Below are positions 56,462 through 64,000 of a stretch of DNA of 64,000 nucleotides, one piece after another. Each line of letters starts with the position of its first letter. Position 1 is the stretch's first letter. Location: the NCBI GenBank assembly GCA_964586285.1, contig CAZPHU010000005.1:3813-67812 (forward strand). Direction: 5' to 3'. Source of the stretch: an uncultured Fibrobacterota bacterium (GTDB taxonomy: Bacteria > Fibrobacterota > Chitinivibrionia > Chitinivibrionales > CAYFVL01). A program made the position numbers and the translations under genes. The notes below the pieces were generated by a model that saw nothing but the letters and a program-made list of their open reading frames with translations, was not told where the DNA came from and searched no databases.

Positions 56462-56815
56462 TTATAGGCTGTTAATCGCCTCATCCAATTCGTCGTATAT
56501 TTCCAGTAGAGATGTAGCTCCGATAATTTCGATTATTTCGTATACGTTTTCATTTACATTGGCTATTTTGAATGATCCGCCCTTTTCTTTAGCGGCTTCG
56601 CTAAAGTGCAGTAATATGCCCAGTCCGGTACTGTTAACATAGCGCAACTTGGCAAAATCTGCCACAATTACAGGAAACCCCTCACTAAAAAGATTCGATA
56701 TTTTCACCCGCACCGAATCAACATTGGTGGCATCAAGATCCCCTATGAATCGAACCAGTTTTACATTGTCTTTACCGGCTATATTTTCATATTCTAATTC
56801 GATTTGAGACTCCAT
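56462..56815 (-). CDS. STAS-domain anti-sigma-factor antagonist (SpoIIAA/RsbV-like)
   Basis: 117 aa. 'LRYVNSTGLGILL' aligns to the DSSGLG phospho-site loop. Confidence 0.85.
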   Translation of the reverse strand: MESQIELEYENIAGKDNVKLVRFIGDLDATNVDSVRVKISNLFSEGFPVIVADFAKLRYVNSTGLGILLHFSEAAKEKGGSFKIANVNENVYEIIEIIGATSLLEIYDELDEAINSL

Positions 56816-56818
56816 ATA

Positions 56819-57610
56819 CTATTCCTCTTTCAGTTTGGTGACATGAACGCTCGTGCCACCCTCTGAATGTTCGATTTTGAAATCATTAGATAACATTTTG
56901 ATTAATTTCAATCCTCTGCCTCGTCTTTCGTTTGCGGATTTTTTCTGAACGCAAAGTGATTTGGAAAGTTCTTTGAGTGCATGAGCCTTTGTCTGGTCAC
57001 TGGTATTAATCACCTGAATTTCGATTTTTTCTCTGTCTATTGCCGTTGTGATTGTCACCTCAGCCCCGGATTGCCTTAAACCATGCTCCACGGCATTATT
57101 GCATACTTCATCGACAATCGTCTCGATTCTGAACGAATCACGATTGCTGTATCCTTTTTGACGCGCCAGCCGACTTATCATTTGGCGAACAGGCGGCACA
57201 TATTTCAACTGAGAAGGAAAGATAAGACAGATTTTTTCAGCGCGCCCCTTGTAATCCCAGTTAAACGCATTCACCGCACTTTTAACATCTTTACAGAATT
57301 TAAAGATCTTATGTGCATCCATGGTGTTGAGTTTTTCTTTTACACTTGGACTCAGCCCCGCCAACACCAAATCACCGCCTTTATCAAGCATACAGGAACG
57401 ATACCCCATCAGTTCTCCAAGCACCGCCGAAGAAATCAGCCCGACATCTGACATGTCTACGACGCCGAAGACATAATCCCCTCCGGTTACCGATTCAAAA
57501 CTCCTGGAAATCTCTTCAATACTCGCTGAATCCAGATCTCCTTCTATTCGGATTATTGCCACCTCCGGCATTTCTGAATCCGGAACTACAATTATTTTTG
57601 GAGAATTCAT
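56819..57610 (-). CDS. STAS domain fused to RsbW/SpoIIAB-like HATPase domain
   Basis: 263 aa. The N-half is 'IIRIEGDLDSASIEE...VGLISSAVLGELMG'. The C-half is 'VDEVCNNAVEHG...GRGLKLIKML'. I cannot see a DxGxG G1 box. Confidence 0.75.
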   Translation of the reverse strand: MNSPKIIVVPDSEMPEVAIIRIEGDLDSASIEEISRSFESVTGGDYVFGVVDMSDVGLISSAVLGELMGYRSCMLDKGGDLVLAGLSPSVKEKLNTMDAHKIFKFCKDVKSAVNAFNWDYKGRAEKICLIFPSQLKYVPPVRQMISRLARQKGYSNRDSFRIETIVDEVCNNAVEHGLRQSGAEVTITTAIDREKIEIQVINTSDQTKAHALKELSKSLCVQKKSANERRGRGLKLIKMLSNDFKIEHSEGGTSVHVTKLKEE

Positions 57611-57647
57611 TTAAAATTTTCCCCTGAGGGTGAAATATTTGTACCCG

Positions 57648-58136
57648 TTACATCTGAGTTTCTTCCGGAAAGTCCTGCTCTCGTTTTCGAACAACCTTTA
57701 TAGAGGTCAAATTATTCTCATCAATCTCAAACTCTACATTTTCCGAAAGCATCCTGATGATTTCAAACCCCAAACCGGTAACTTTCTCACTAGCCGCTTC
57801 CCGACCGAAATCAGTAAGATCTTTGTCGTCCTCGAATTTAAGCGCCTTTCGAAGACGCTGAATATCCCCGCCTGTTCCGCCCTTGTCTTTTACATTAATT
57901 TCTATTCTATCAGAAAATATCTTACAGGTAAGATCAATAACATCATCGAGCGATTTACAACCATAAACTACCGCATTATTGCAAATCTCATCAATTATGA
58001 TTTCTGAACGATAAGCGAACTTGGAAGAAAAACCGTCTACAAGCAGAATGTCGGCAATGAACTTGCGCACCGCAGGTATGTATTCCAGATCGCCGGGAAA
58101 GCTTAAGCGAATTTTTTCTGAAATGGATTCATTCAT
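57648..58136 (-). CDS. Anti-sigma regulatory Ser kinase (RsbW/SpoIIAB-like HATPase_c_2)
   Basis: 162 aa. 'IDEICNNAVVYG', 'VKDKGGTGGD', 'GLGFEIIRML'. Confidence 0.8.
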   Translation of the reverse strand: MNESISEKIRLSFPGDLEYIPAVRKFIADILLVDGFSSKFAYRSEIIIDEICNNAVVYGCKSLDDVIDLTCKIFSDRIEINVKDKGGTGGDIQRLRKALKFEDDKDLTDFGREAASEKVTGLGFEIIRMLSENVEFEIDENNLTSIKVVRKREQDFPEETQM

Positions 58137-58207
58137 GTTTTATCCCAATAATTTTTATACCGTCTCCCGATTAACGGTATACGATTTGTGTCGTTTACTG
58201 TTACTTG

Positions 58208-58540
58208 TCATTCGCCATGCAAAACATAGGTTTCATCGTCTGAACTGATAAGACCCTTTTTGACCATAATCTCAACCAACCGTGCATTTACTTCAAGTAG
58301 TTTCCTAAAACTCGGGGCTTCATCAAGCCCTTTAATATTCTGAACCGTTCTTGCATCCTTTTCAGATTGCCCCCGTAACGTGTCCAGTACGCACTCAAGA
58401 ACGAACATCACTTCTCCGTATGTCAAATTGCCTTGACGGTAATTTGAAAACTCCTGTATAGCTCCAAGTATCAATTCGTTGAGCTTATTATACTCATTCT
58501 GGTCGTCAAAGACATTACGATACTTGCCGAAATTCCCCAT
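58208..58540 (-). CDS. Hypothetical protein
   Basis: 110 aa counted from ATG 58540 (GGGAGGA SD). No motif recognised. Confidence 0.45.
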   Translation of the reverse strand: MGNFGKYRNVFDDQNEYNKLNELILGAIQEFSNYRQGNLTYGEVMFVLECVLDTLRGQSEKDARTVQNIKGLDEAPSFRKLLEVNARLVEIMVKKGLISSDDETYVLHGE

Positions 58541-58707
58541 AACAGATCCTCCCTTCGAGCAATGACGCAGACGCAACTCAGTGCGTTATGCCCCAAAAGA
58601 TTAATAAATATACATTTAAGCACGATTTTTCAGGTATGTTGCCAATCCTGTCGTGATAATTTTCAATAATTCTCTTTCGGCCCCAGACTTTCTATTACTT
58701 AGACTTC

Positions 58708-59490
58708 TCACGGTGTTGGAACTTCAAGCAGCGGTTGCTGTTGGGTATTCTGATTTTGTTCATCAATTGGGTTGTCCGTAGCCTCATTTTGACTCGGCAC
58801 GATATTCTCCCCTTCCACACTGGGAATACCAAAAAGATCTTCTATTCGAGGTTGCTGATTGCCCTCGACACCCGGATCAGGCTCCTCAATCGGGTTACCT
58901 TGTTCCAACCATGAACGAATAACCGCCGCGATAACATTCTCACTTTTTTTGGACGCTTCCATGATGAGATTATCATTTATAATCTGTCGATCATCAACGG
59001 AAACATGAGTAACCGTTTTTACCGGTCTGAAAAACGCCGGGCCCTTTCTTAGCGAATACTTGGCATGTATTTGTCCAGTATACATATATTGTTCAAGGCT
59101 TAAGCTGTATACTACCATTTTTATCCGCAAATCTCCCATGATCCTGGTCGTTAGTAGATTTTTTCTTTGGACTGAAATATCATACTTTTCAGCACGAGTC
59201 CATATAACAATAGTACTGTCACCGACAGTTTTCATTAATTTCTGAACGAGACTTTTACTTACGGTTGGATAATAAGTGAACCCGGCCTTTTGCCCGTATA
59301 TACGTGTTTGTCGATAATCCGCCAAAGATACCGACGGAAGCATAGTCAGGCGGTCACGTAGAGCGCTGTCGTAATCACCGCTTATAGAGGGGATACTTTC
59401 ATCGGACAATCCCAGGTATATAACATTTACTTTCTGGGCATGCAACTGTATTGCGATCAGGAAAATCAATCCAATACACGACCTGATCAT
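58708..59490 (-). CDS. Hypothetical secreted protein with Q/N/E-rich tail
   Basis: 260 aa. Signal-like 'MIRSCIGLIFLIAIQLHAQ'. 4-nt overlap with the upstream FlhB-like gene. Confidence 0.5.
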   Translation of the reverse strand: MIRSCIGLIFLIAIQLHAQKVNVIYLGLSDESIPSISGDYDSALRDRLTMLPSVSLADYRQTRIYGQKAGFTYYPTVSKSLVQKLMKTVGDSTIVIWTRAEKYDISVQRKNLLTTRIMGDLRIKMVVYSLSLEQYMYTGQIHAKYSLRKGPAFFRPVKTVTHVSVDDRQIINDNLIMEASKKSENVIAAVIRSWLEQGNPIEEPDPGVEGNQQPRIEDLFGIPSVEGENIVPSQNEATDNPIDEQNQNTQQQPLLEVPTP

Positions 59491-59789
59491 GACTCGATCT
59501 CCCTTTTTATCATATCATTTGCACGGTATACCCAGCTCAGTATCTCGGCTACAGCTTTATACAATTCCGACGGGATTTCCTGATCCAAATCGACTTTTGC
59601 CAAAAACTCCACCAGCTCATCATCGCGAGTAATTGGAATCCCATTCTCATCGGCTATTCGCCTGATCCTATTCGCGCAACTACCCGATCCTTTGGCCACG
59701 ACCCGTGGAGCAGATTCAGTCTCACTATTATATCGCAGCGCAACCGCTTTTTCCGACAATAGTTTTTTTTCTTTTTTACTTTCTTTCAC
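59487..59789 (-). CDS. FlhB C-terminal-domain-like small protein (EscU/YscU/HrcU switch family, YlqH-like)
   Basis: 100 aa. 'AVALRYNSETESAPRVVAKGSGSCANRIRRIADENGIPITRDDELVEFL'. Confidence 0.85.
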   Translation of the reverse strand: MKESKKEKKLLSEKAVALRYNSETESAPRVVAKGSGSCANRIRRIADENGIPITRDDELVEFLAKVDLDQEIPSELYKAVAEILSWVYRANDMIKREIES

Positions 59790-59793
59790 ACAA

Positions 59794-61686
59794 TCACCCT
59801 GTTATGTCGAGTATACCATTATGCGAACGGCTATGTGTATCATTACTTTGCGGTGATGATGATTTCATGGTATGCATTTCCAGGCGAATAGCGGCGAAAT
59901 CGAGAGATTTCAAGGCTTCTCTAAAAGGTTTTAATCTGCGTTTAAACCAGCTGTGAGCGATTTGCTTTTGGAAGGCAAGCGAGATGTGGCAATGCTTTTT
60001 ATTCTCCAATCGGATTGTGGCACAAACCTCCCCCAGTTCCCGAGGACAAACACAAATAGTCACAACATAGAGTTTTTTCCCCCTTCCTTGAGATCCCGTG
60101 TTTTTTTTCTTGAGAATTTTCAAACGCAATTCCGTCCACTCGCCGCCAATGCGAAGCGGTATTGCAATCACCTGTTGCTCCCCGTCGGAAGTGGATACCG
60201 GACGCGCCAAAATCTGAAGAGCCTCTATACGCTCCAACATTCCTTCCGTGACTCGACGTACTTTGGCGATCTCGGTCATGGACATGCGCTCCAGCGCCGA
60301 AGCGCTTTCGACATCCTTACCGGTTTCAAAAAACTTATACCGATTTCCCTCTTCGAGCATTTCCTGGGACTCTTTAGCATCTTGCGTTTGCTGAATCTCA
60401 TGCATGAATCGGAGCAGTTTTGATTTCAGATCCTCAGGCTTTTGGGCAAATTCATTCGGGAAGGCCGAGGCCAGTTTGGATTCCAAAGTAAGACCGACAC
60501 TTTCCATGTATCGACTCAAAAAATCTTTGAAGGAGTTTGACGGCAGTTTGTCGGACCATGCGATGCCAGACTCAAGCGATAGCGGCAGCTTAATTGCTTT
60601 AACCGGGTCATTCGTGCAAAATTCCACTTTCTGCATAAGATTAGTTGCCGATGGAGTGAGCGCGATTGCTATGCTGCGGGAGAATGCCGCACTGGAAGAG
60701 ATTCTCGTTTTCATCAGGTTAAAGATGTGTTGAAAAGAAAGCTCCTGGGTCGCCGGTGCCAGAACACTTATCCCGTCTTTGCGCTCTAATGTTGCGACTG
60801 CGGAATCAAGGTATTGAAGCTGCCGGTCGGAGATGCTCGTGCTGCCGTCAAGGGCATCCTGCAACAGCCTGGGGTTACAGTTGCGCAGCATTGAACTTTC
60901 CATCCTGGAAAGCAATCCCTTAACCTCAGCTACCAACTGCCTGTCGTTTAGAATTGTCGCCGCCGCTAAATCGGCACCGTCGCCCGATATCCTGATGTAT
61001 ACATTTGATTCTTTGGAAACAGGCATACTCGTACTAATCTCACCTGAGATATCTCTGATGCCGTTTTCTGTCAACCAGATGCGGCATTCCCGAGAGGAGC
61101 TGAAGGATAGAAAACCGTTTTCAAAGCATCCCCCGGGCAATTTTAACGGTGTTGAATCCTGATTGTTAAGTTTCAGGAGAGATGCAAGAGTGATTAATTC
61201 ACTGTGGAGTTTGTTTTTCGATGCTTGCTGAGGACCGTCTTTTGAAACACTTTCTACCAGATGTGCCAGAAGTTTTTCCGCTGCCGCAATTTTGGATTCC
61301 TCAAGAAGAATTGAGCCGCGAACATTGTTAATCACCTCACGGGCAAGCGAGTTTATTTCTGAGTCGGGATAATCAGAAAGAAGTGTCAGCAAAGACCGCA
61401 GATCCATGGATGTTATAAATTTACCGCGATCCAGAGAATCCATTTGACTCAGGAGGGAGCTTTCGTAAGGGATTTTATGGACGAGCAATTTTTGCCCGAT
61501 CTTTACAAGAACTACCGAATCCCCCTTATTCAACTCGCTCTTGTCACTTATTTCAACGGTTATCTCGCGGCCGTTGCTTTCTAAGATCATGCAGCCGTTT
61601 TTGATGTCTTTTATCGCTGCGCGAACAGCATAATGAAATTTTCCCCTTGCTGCTAAGCCGGACAGTATATTTGCGGAAATATTCAT
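59794..61686 (-). CDS. Putative FliK-like hook-length-control-type protein
   Basis: 630 aa. The C-terminal 'CPRELGEVCATIRLENKKHCHISLAFQKQIAHSWFKRRLKPFREALKSLDF' resembles the Flg_hook pattern (L.P.eLG.V.v.i...). Its position directly upstream of the FlhB-CTD-like gene supports the call. Confidence 0.5.
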   Translation of the reverse strand: MNISANILSGLAARGKFHYAVRAAIKDIKNGCMILESNGREITVEISDKSELNKGDSVVLVKIGQKLLVHKIPYESSLLSQMDSLDRGKFITSMDLRSLLTLLSDYPDSEINSLAREVINNVRGSILLEESKIAAAEKLLAHLVESVSKDGPQQASKNKLHSELITLASLLKLNNQDSTPLKLPGGCFENGFLSFSSSRECRIWLTENGIRDISGEISTSMPVSKESNVYIRISGDGADLAAATILNDRQLVAEVKGLLSRMESSMLRNCNPRLLQDALDGSTSISDRQLQYLDSAVATLERKDGISVLAPATQELSFQHIFNLMKTRISSSAAFSRSIAIALTPSATNLMQKVEFCTNDPVKAIKLPLSLESGIAWSDKLPSNSFKDFLSRYMESVGLTLESKLASAFPNEFAQKPEDLKSKLLRFMHEIQQTQDAKESQEMLEEGNRYKFFETGKDVESASALERMSMTEIAKVRRVTEGMLERIEALQILARPVSTSDGEQQVIAIPLRIGGEWTELRLKILKKKNTGSQGRGKKLYVVTICVCPRELGEVCATIRLENKKHCHISLAFQKQIAHSWFKRRLKPFREALKSLDFAAIRLEMHTMKSSSPQSNDTHSRSHNGILDITG

Positions 61687-61730
61687 TGATAATATTCAGT
61701 CAATGGTGTCGGCAAACACCACACTGAAAC

Positions 61731-62819
61731 TCAGGAAAGTCGGTGCTTGCTGCTTTTTGTTGTGACTCGCAGTATCAGTTCAACCTGATCCACACTAAGC
61801 TGTTCATTACGGGAGATTTCATGCTTACTCAGGCCACATTTTGCAGCCTGTATAACTCTGTTTTTCAAATCACTTCGGTCTTCCAAATCCCCCGTATGTT
61901 CTTGTATACTGGAAGAATCATCGGATGAAGCAGAAGCGACTCCGGATTCAAAGCCGCTTTCTTGCTTTTCATCACTCGTACCAATAGATTCAAAGGGATG
62001 ATTGAAACGCTGAATGCTTTTTATATCATCGGCCATTCGGCGACGAAGAGATTCTATAGACTCCCTGTCATCTATATCGGTATTGCCGATACCGTCTGAA
62101 GGCTTTTGTTGAGAAAAAACCGGTTTATCCTGCTCATATCTTTTGAAAGGATATGTTAGTGGAGTTTCGGCGGCATTTTCGGTCTTTGTTCGAGAACCAA
62201 CCGATTCGGTAGAAGACGGTTTTCTCGAATCGGTGTATGGGTACTCAGGTTTAACTGCGGAGGATAAGCTGTTTTGAGGAACCGCTGATTGAGGCAGCGC
62301 TTTTTCTTTTTGTTCCAAAGCAGACTTTTGATTCTTTTTTTTTCTGTTACATACAGCCTGAATAATGCCCCATAAGAGAATAATGACACATATAGAAGAA
62401 ACCAAGCTGATAAAAAGAATAGCCCATTCAAAAATTCCGGCAGGTTTAACCGATTCCCACAACCCGGTGATTTGCTTTGAAAAACTTGTGTAGCCTGAAG
62501 ATTCAACCTTCGTTGATTCTATCACAGCAACCAGTTGTTCCCTTAACGTCTCGATTGAGTCTTTAACAATGTTTGACTGTTTTTCGATATCCATCAACGG
62601 TTTGCCGCGACGTTTCAATCGTTGTTTGTGCACTTCCAAAGAATCCAACCGGCGCGTTAATCGGTATTTATTTTGAGCCAACACGCTGATATTTGAGGAG
62701 GTAGTATCGGCGAAAGACGGCGAAACGAAAAGAGTCGTCAGTATTAAAAATGCGAGCGCCGTACTGGATTTTAGAAAAATGGAGCGCAAGAGATTATTTT
62801 CTTTGTTTAAGCGAAACAA
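61731..62819 (-). CDS. Hypothetical bitopic membrane protein (signal/TM, coiled coil, TM, disordered Ser-rich tail)
   Basis: 362 aa. 'ALAFLILTTLFVSPSFA' and 'IFEWAILFISLVSSICVIILLWGII'. The start codon is uncertain (TTG). Confidence 0.5.
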   Translation of the reverse strand: MFRLNKENNLLRSIFLKSSTALAFLILTTLFVSPSFADTTSSNISVLAQNKYRLTRRLDSLEVHKQRLKRRGKPLMDIEKQSNIVKDSIETLREQLVAVIESTKVESSGYTSFSKQITGLWESVKPAGIFEWAILFISLVSSICVIILLWGIIQAVCNRKKKNQKSALEQKEKALPQSAVPQNSLSSAVKPEYPYTDSRKPSSTESVGSRTKTENAAETPLTYPFKRYEQDKPVFSQQKPSDGIGNTDIDDRESIESLRRRMADDIKSIQRFNHPFESIGTSDEKQESGFESGVASASSDDSSSIQEHTGDLEDRSDLKNRVIQAAKCGLSKHEISRNEQLSVDQVELILRVTTKSSKHRLS

Positions 62820-63006
62820 CAGCAGATCAGCCTTGTTTTTTAATTCAGATTGTTATTGAAGTAGGTCTTTCAGAAATTTAAGATATATTTTGTAGTACAA
62901 CATCGCAATTGTTCCTTGTAATTCGCTAACAGGGGCTTGTCTATTGCCCCCGTCATTCTTAGATTGTATATTGTTTTTTAGTCTTTTACCAGAGGCTTAA
63001 CAAAAT

Positions 63007-63711
63007 ATGCTCCGGTTTATTGTTTATCATAATGACCAGCCGATAAAAACCTATGAAGTAGATGATCCGGTGATTACTATCGGTCGCCTGCCTGAGAATA
63101 CGATTTCGATCGCAAACATGGGTATATCCCGCAGGCATGTACGTATCGAAAGGGATGCCAACAGCAATTATGTGCTCTCGGATCTGAATTCGCTTAACGG
63201 TACCTTTATCAACGATAGAAAAGTGAAGCGTGCAACGCTTAATCCCGGTGATAGAATCGGGATTGGCAAGTATGTCATCACTTGTGAATCACTTACGCAG
63301 GATTCCGACAGCACCGACCGTATTATCCACCACACCAACGGATACAGCAGTCCGGAAGCGGAAGAACTCCCCTTTGAGTATCACAACAGCCGTACGGTTA
63401 CGCAACCTGCGGTATCGACAACCGCTGCATCGGCGGTTCTGATTGAGACAGGTAAGCATGTGGTTTACAAGATTGATAAGCCGCTTCTTTCGATAGGCAA
63501 TTCGGATGAGGACGACATATTCGTCTCGGGTTTTCTCATCGGAGATAACTATCTCTTTATTGAACAAAAAGATGACGGCTTTTGGATGCACTCCAAAAAG
63601 AAAATGACCAAATTCAAGGTAAACGGTAAAAAAACCAACAGACACAAATTGGAGCATAAAGACCGCATTGAAATTGGCAATTGTACCTTTCGATTTATGG
63701 AAAATGGATAA
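63007..63711 (+). CDS. Tandem FHA-domain protein
   Basis: 234 aa. FHA1 is 'ITIGRLPENTISIANMGISRRHVRIE...YVLSDLNSLNGTFINDRKV'. FHA2 is 'LLSIGNSDEDDIFV...FKVNGKK...DRIEIGNCTFRF'. Confidence 0.85.
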   Translation: MLRFIVYHNDQPIKTYEVDDPVITIGRLPENTISIANMGISRRHVRIERDANSNYVLSDLNSLNGTFINDRKVKRATLNPGDRIGIGKYVITCESLTQDSDSTDRIIHHTNGYSSPEAEELPFEYHNSRTVTQPAVSTTAASAVLIETGKHVVYKIDKPLLSIGNSDEDDIFVSGFLIGDNYLFIEQKDDGFWMHSKKKMTKFKVNGKKTNRHKLEHKDRIEIGNCTFRFMENG

Positions 63712-63716
63712 CGGGA

Positions 63717-64000
63717 ATGCGAATAGCCATAATATCTGACATCCATGGTAATATAGAAGCTCTGGATGCAGTATTTGAGGATATTGAAGCTCAACAAGTT
63801 GATGATATTATTTGTCTTGGAGATGTTGTAGGATATGGGCCTGCGCCTAACGAATGCATCGATTTGATTAACCGCAAATGCCCCGATGTTCTACTTGGGA
63901 ATCACGATTCCGCTGCAATAGGGACACTTTCCACACAGCATTTCAATATACACGCGAAAATAGCTATTGACTGGACCACCGAGCATCTTACCGAACAGTC
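63717..64000 (+). CDS. Metallophosphoesterase (partial, runs off window)
   Basis: Not in the ORF track. My translation is MRIAIISDIHGNIEALDAVFEDI...ICLGDVVGYGPAP...LLGNHD (motifs DxH, GD, GNHD). Confidence 0.8.
   Translation, partial: MRIAIISDIHGNIEALDAVFEDIEAQQVDDIICLGDVVGYGPAPNECIDLINRKCPDVLLGNHDSAAIGTLSTQHFNIHAKIAIDWTTEHLTEQ

Noticed and set aside
61687-61740. Sigma28-like GCCGACAC element upstream of the FliK-like gene.
   Set aside because: Only the -10 half partly matches GCCGATAA. No TAAA-type -35 sits at the correct spacing. The match is too weak to report.
1-64000. Search for a CRISPR array, IS element, integrase, prophage, toxin-antitoxin system or classical defence system.
   Set aside because: I found no regularly spaced repeats, no transposase, integrase or recombinase-like ORFs, and no nuclease/helicase/methylase gene clusters. 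The window looks like core chromosome.

Overview
Gene-dense chromosomal window, roughly 90% coding and mostly on the minus strand. I found no rRNA or tRNA genes, CRISPR array, transposase or integrase. The gene content suggests a diderm, probably anaerobic, polysaccharide-degrading bacterium of FCB/Fibrobacteres-like character. That is inferred from a GH9 cellulase with a T9SS-type C-terminal sorting domain, many lipobox proteins, lamin-tail/CotH proteins and an [FeFe]-hydrogenase-like sensor; no taxon can be proven from the sequence alone. Housekeeping genes recognised are nadB, rdgB, leuS, tyrS, rppH, a UDP-glucuronate decarboxylase, a PfkB-family kinase, an AmpD-like amidase, an LMW-PTP and several SDRs. 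Signalling genes are abundant: a PAS histidine kinase cut by the window edge, a REC-PAS-HK plus sigma54-type response regulator pair, an ECF sigma/anti-sigma pair, a Hanks kinase, a cNMP-binding protein, a STAS/RsbW-like partner-switching set and a double-FHA protein. Four loci deserve the most attention. (1) 40459-48466 is a tightly coupled six-gene operon. It encodes DUF4956, an HlyD-like adaptor, a TolC-like protein, a VTC polyphosphate-polymerase domain protein, a triple lamin-tail protein and a CotH-kinase lipoprotein. I read it as a candidate synthesis-coupled trans-envelope polyphosphate system, and it is preceded by three Pho-box-like direct repeats phased at 11 bp. (2) 36726-40350 pairs a membrane-anchored Ser/Thr kinase with a sensory-type [FeFe]-hydrogenase-like PAS protein 4 nt downstream. 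(3) 1624-5753 is a Ton-like motor cluster containing an ExbB-ExbD fusion whose ExbD module carries Asn in place of the essential TM Asp. (4) 56462-61686 holds a partner-switching set with a STAS-kinase fusion next to a FliK-like/FlhB-C-terminal-like pair. All domain calls come from reading the translated ORFs by eye. No database search was run.
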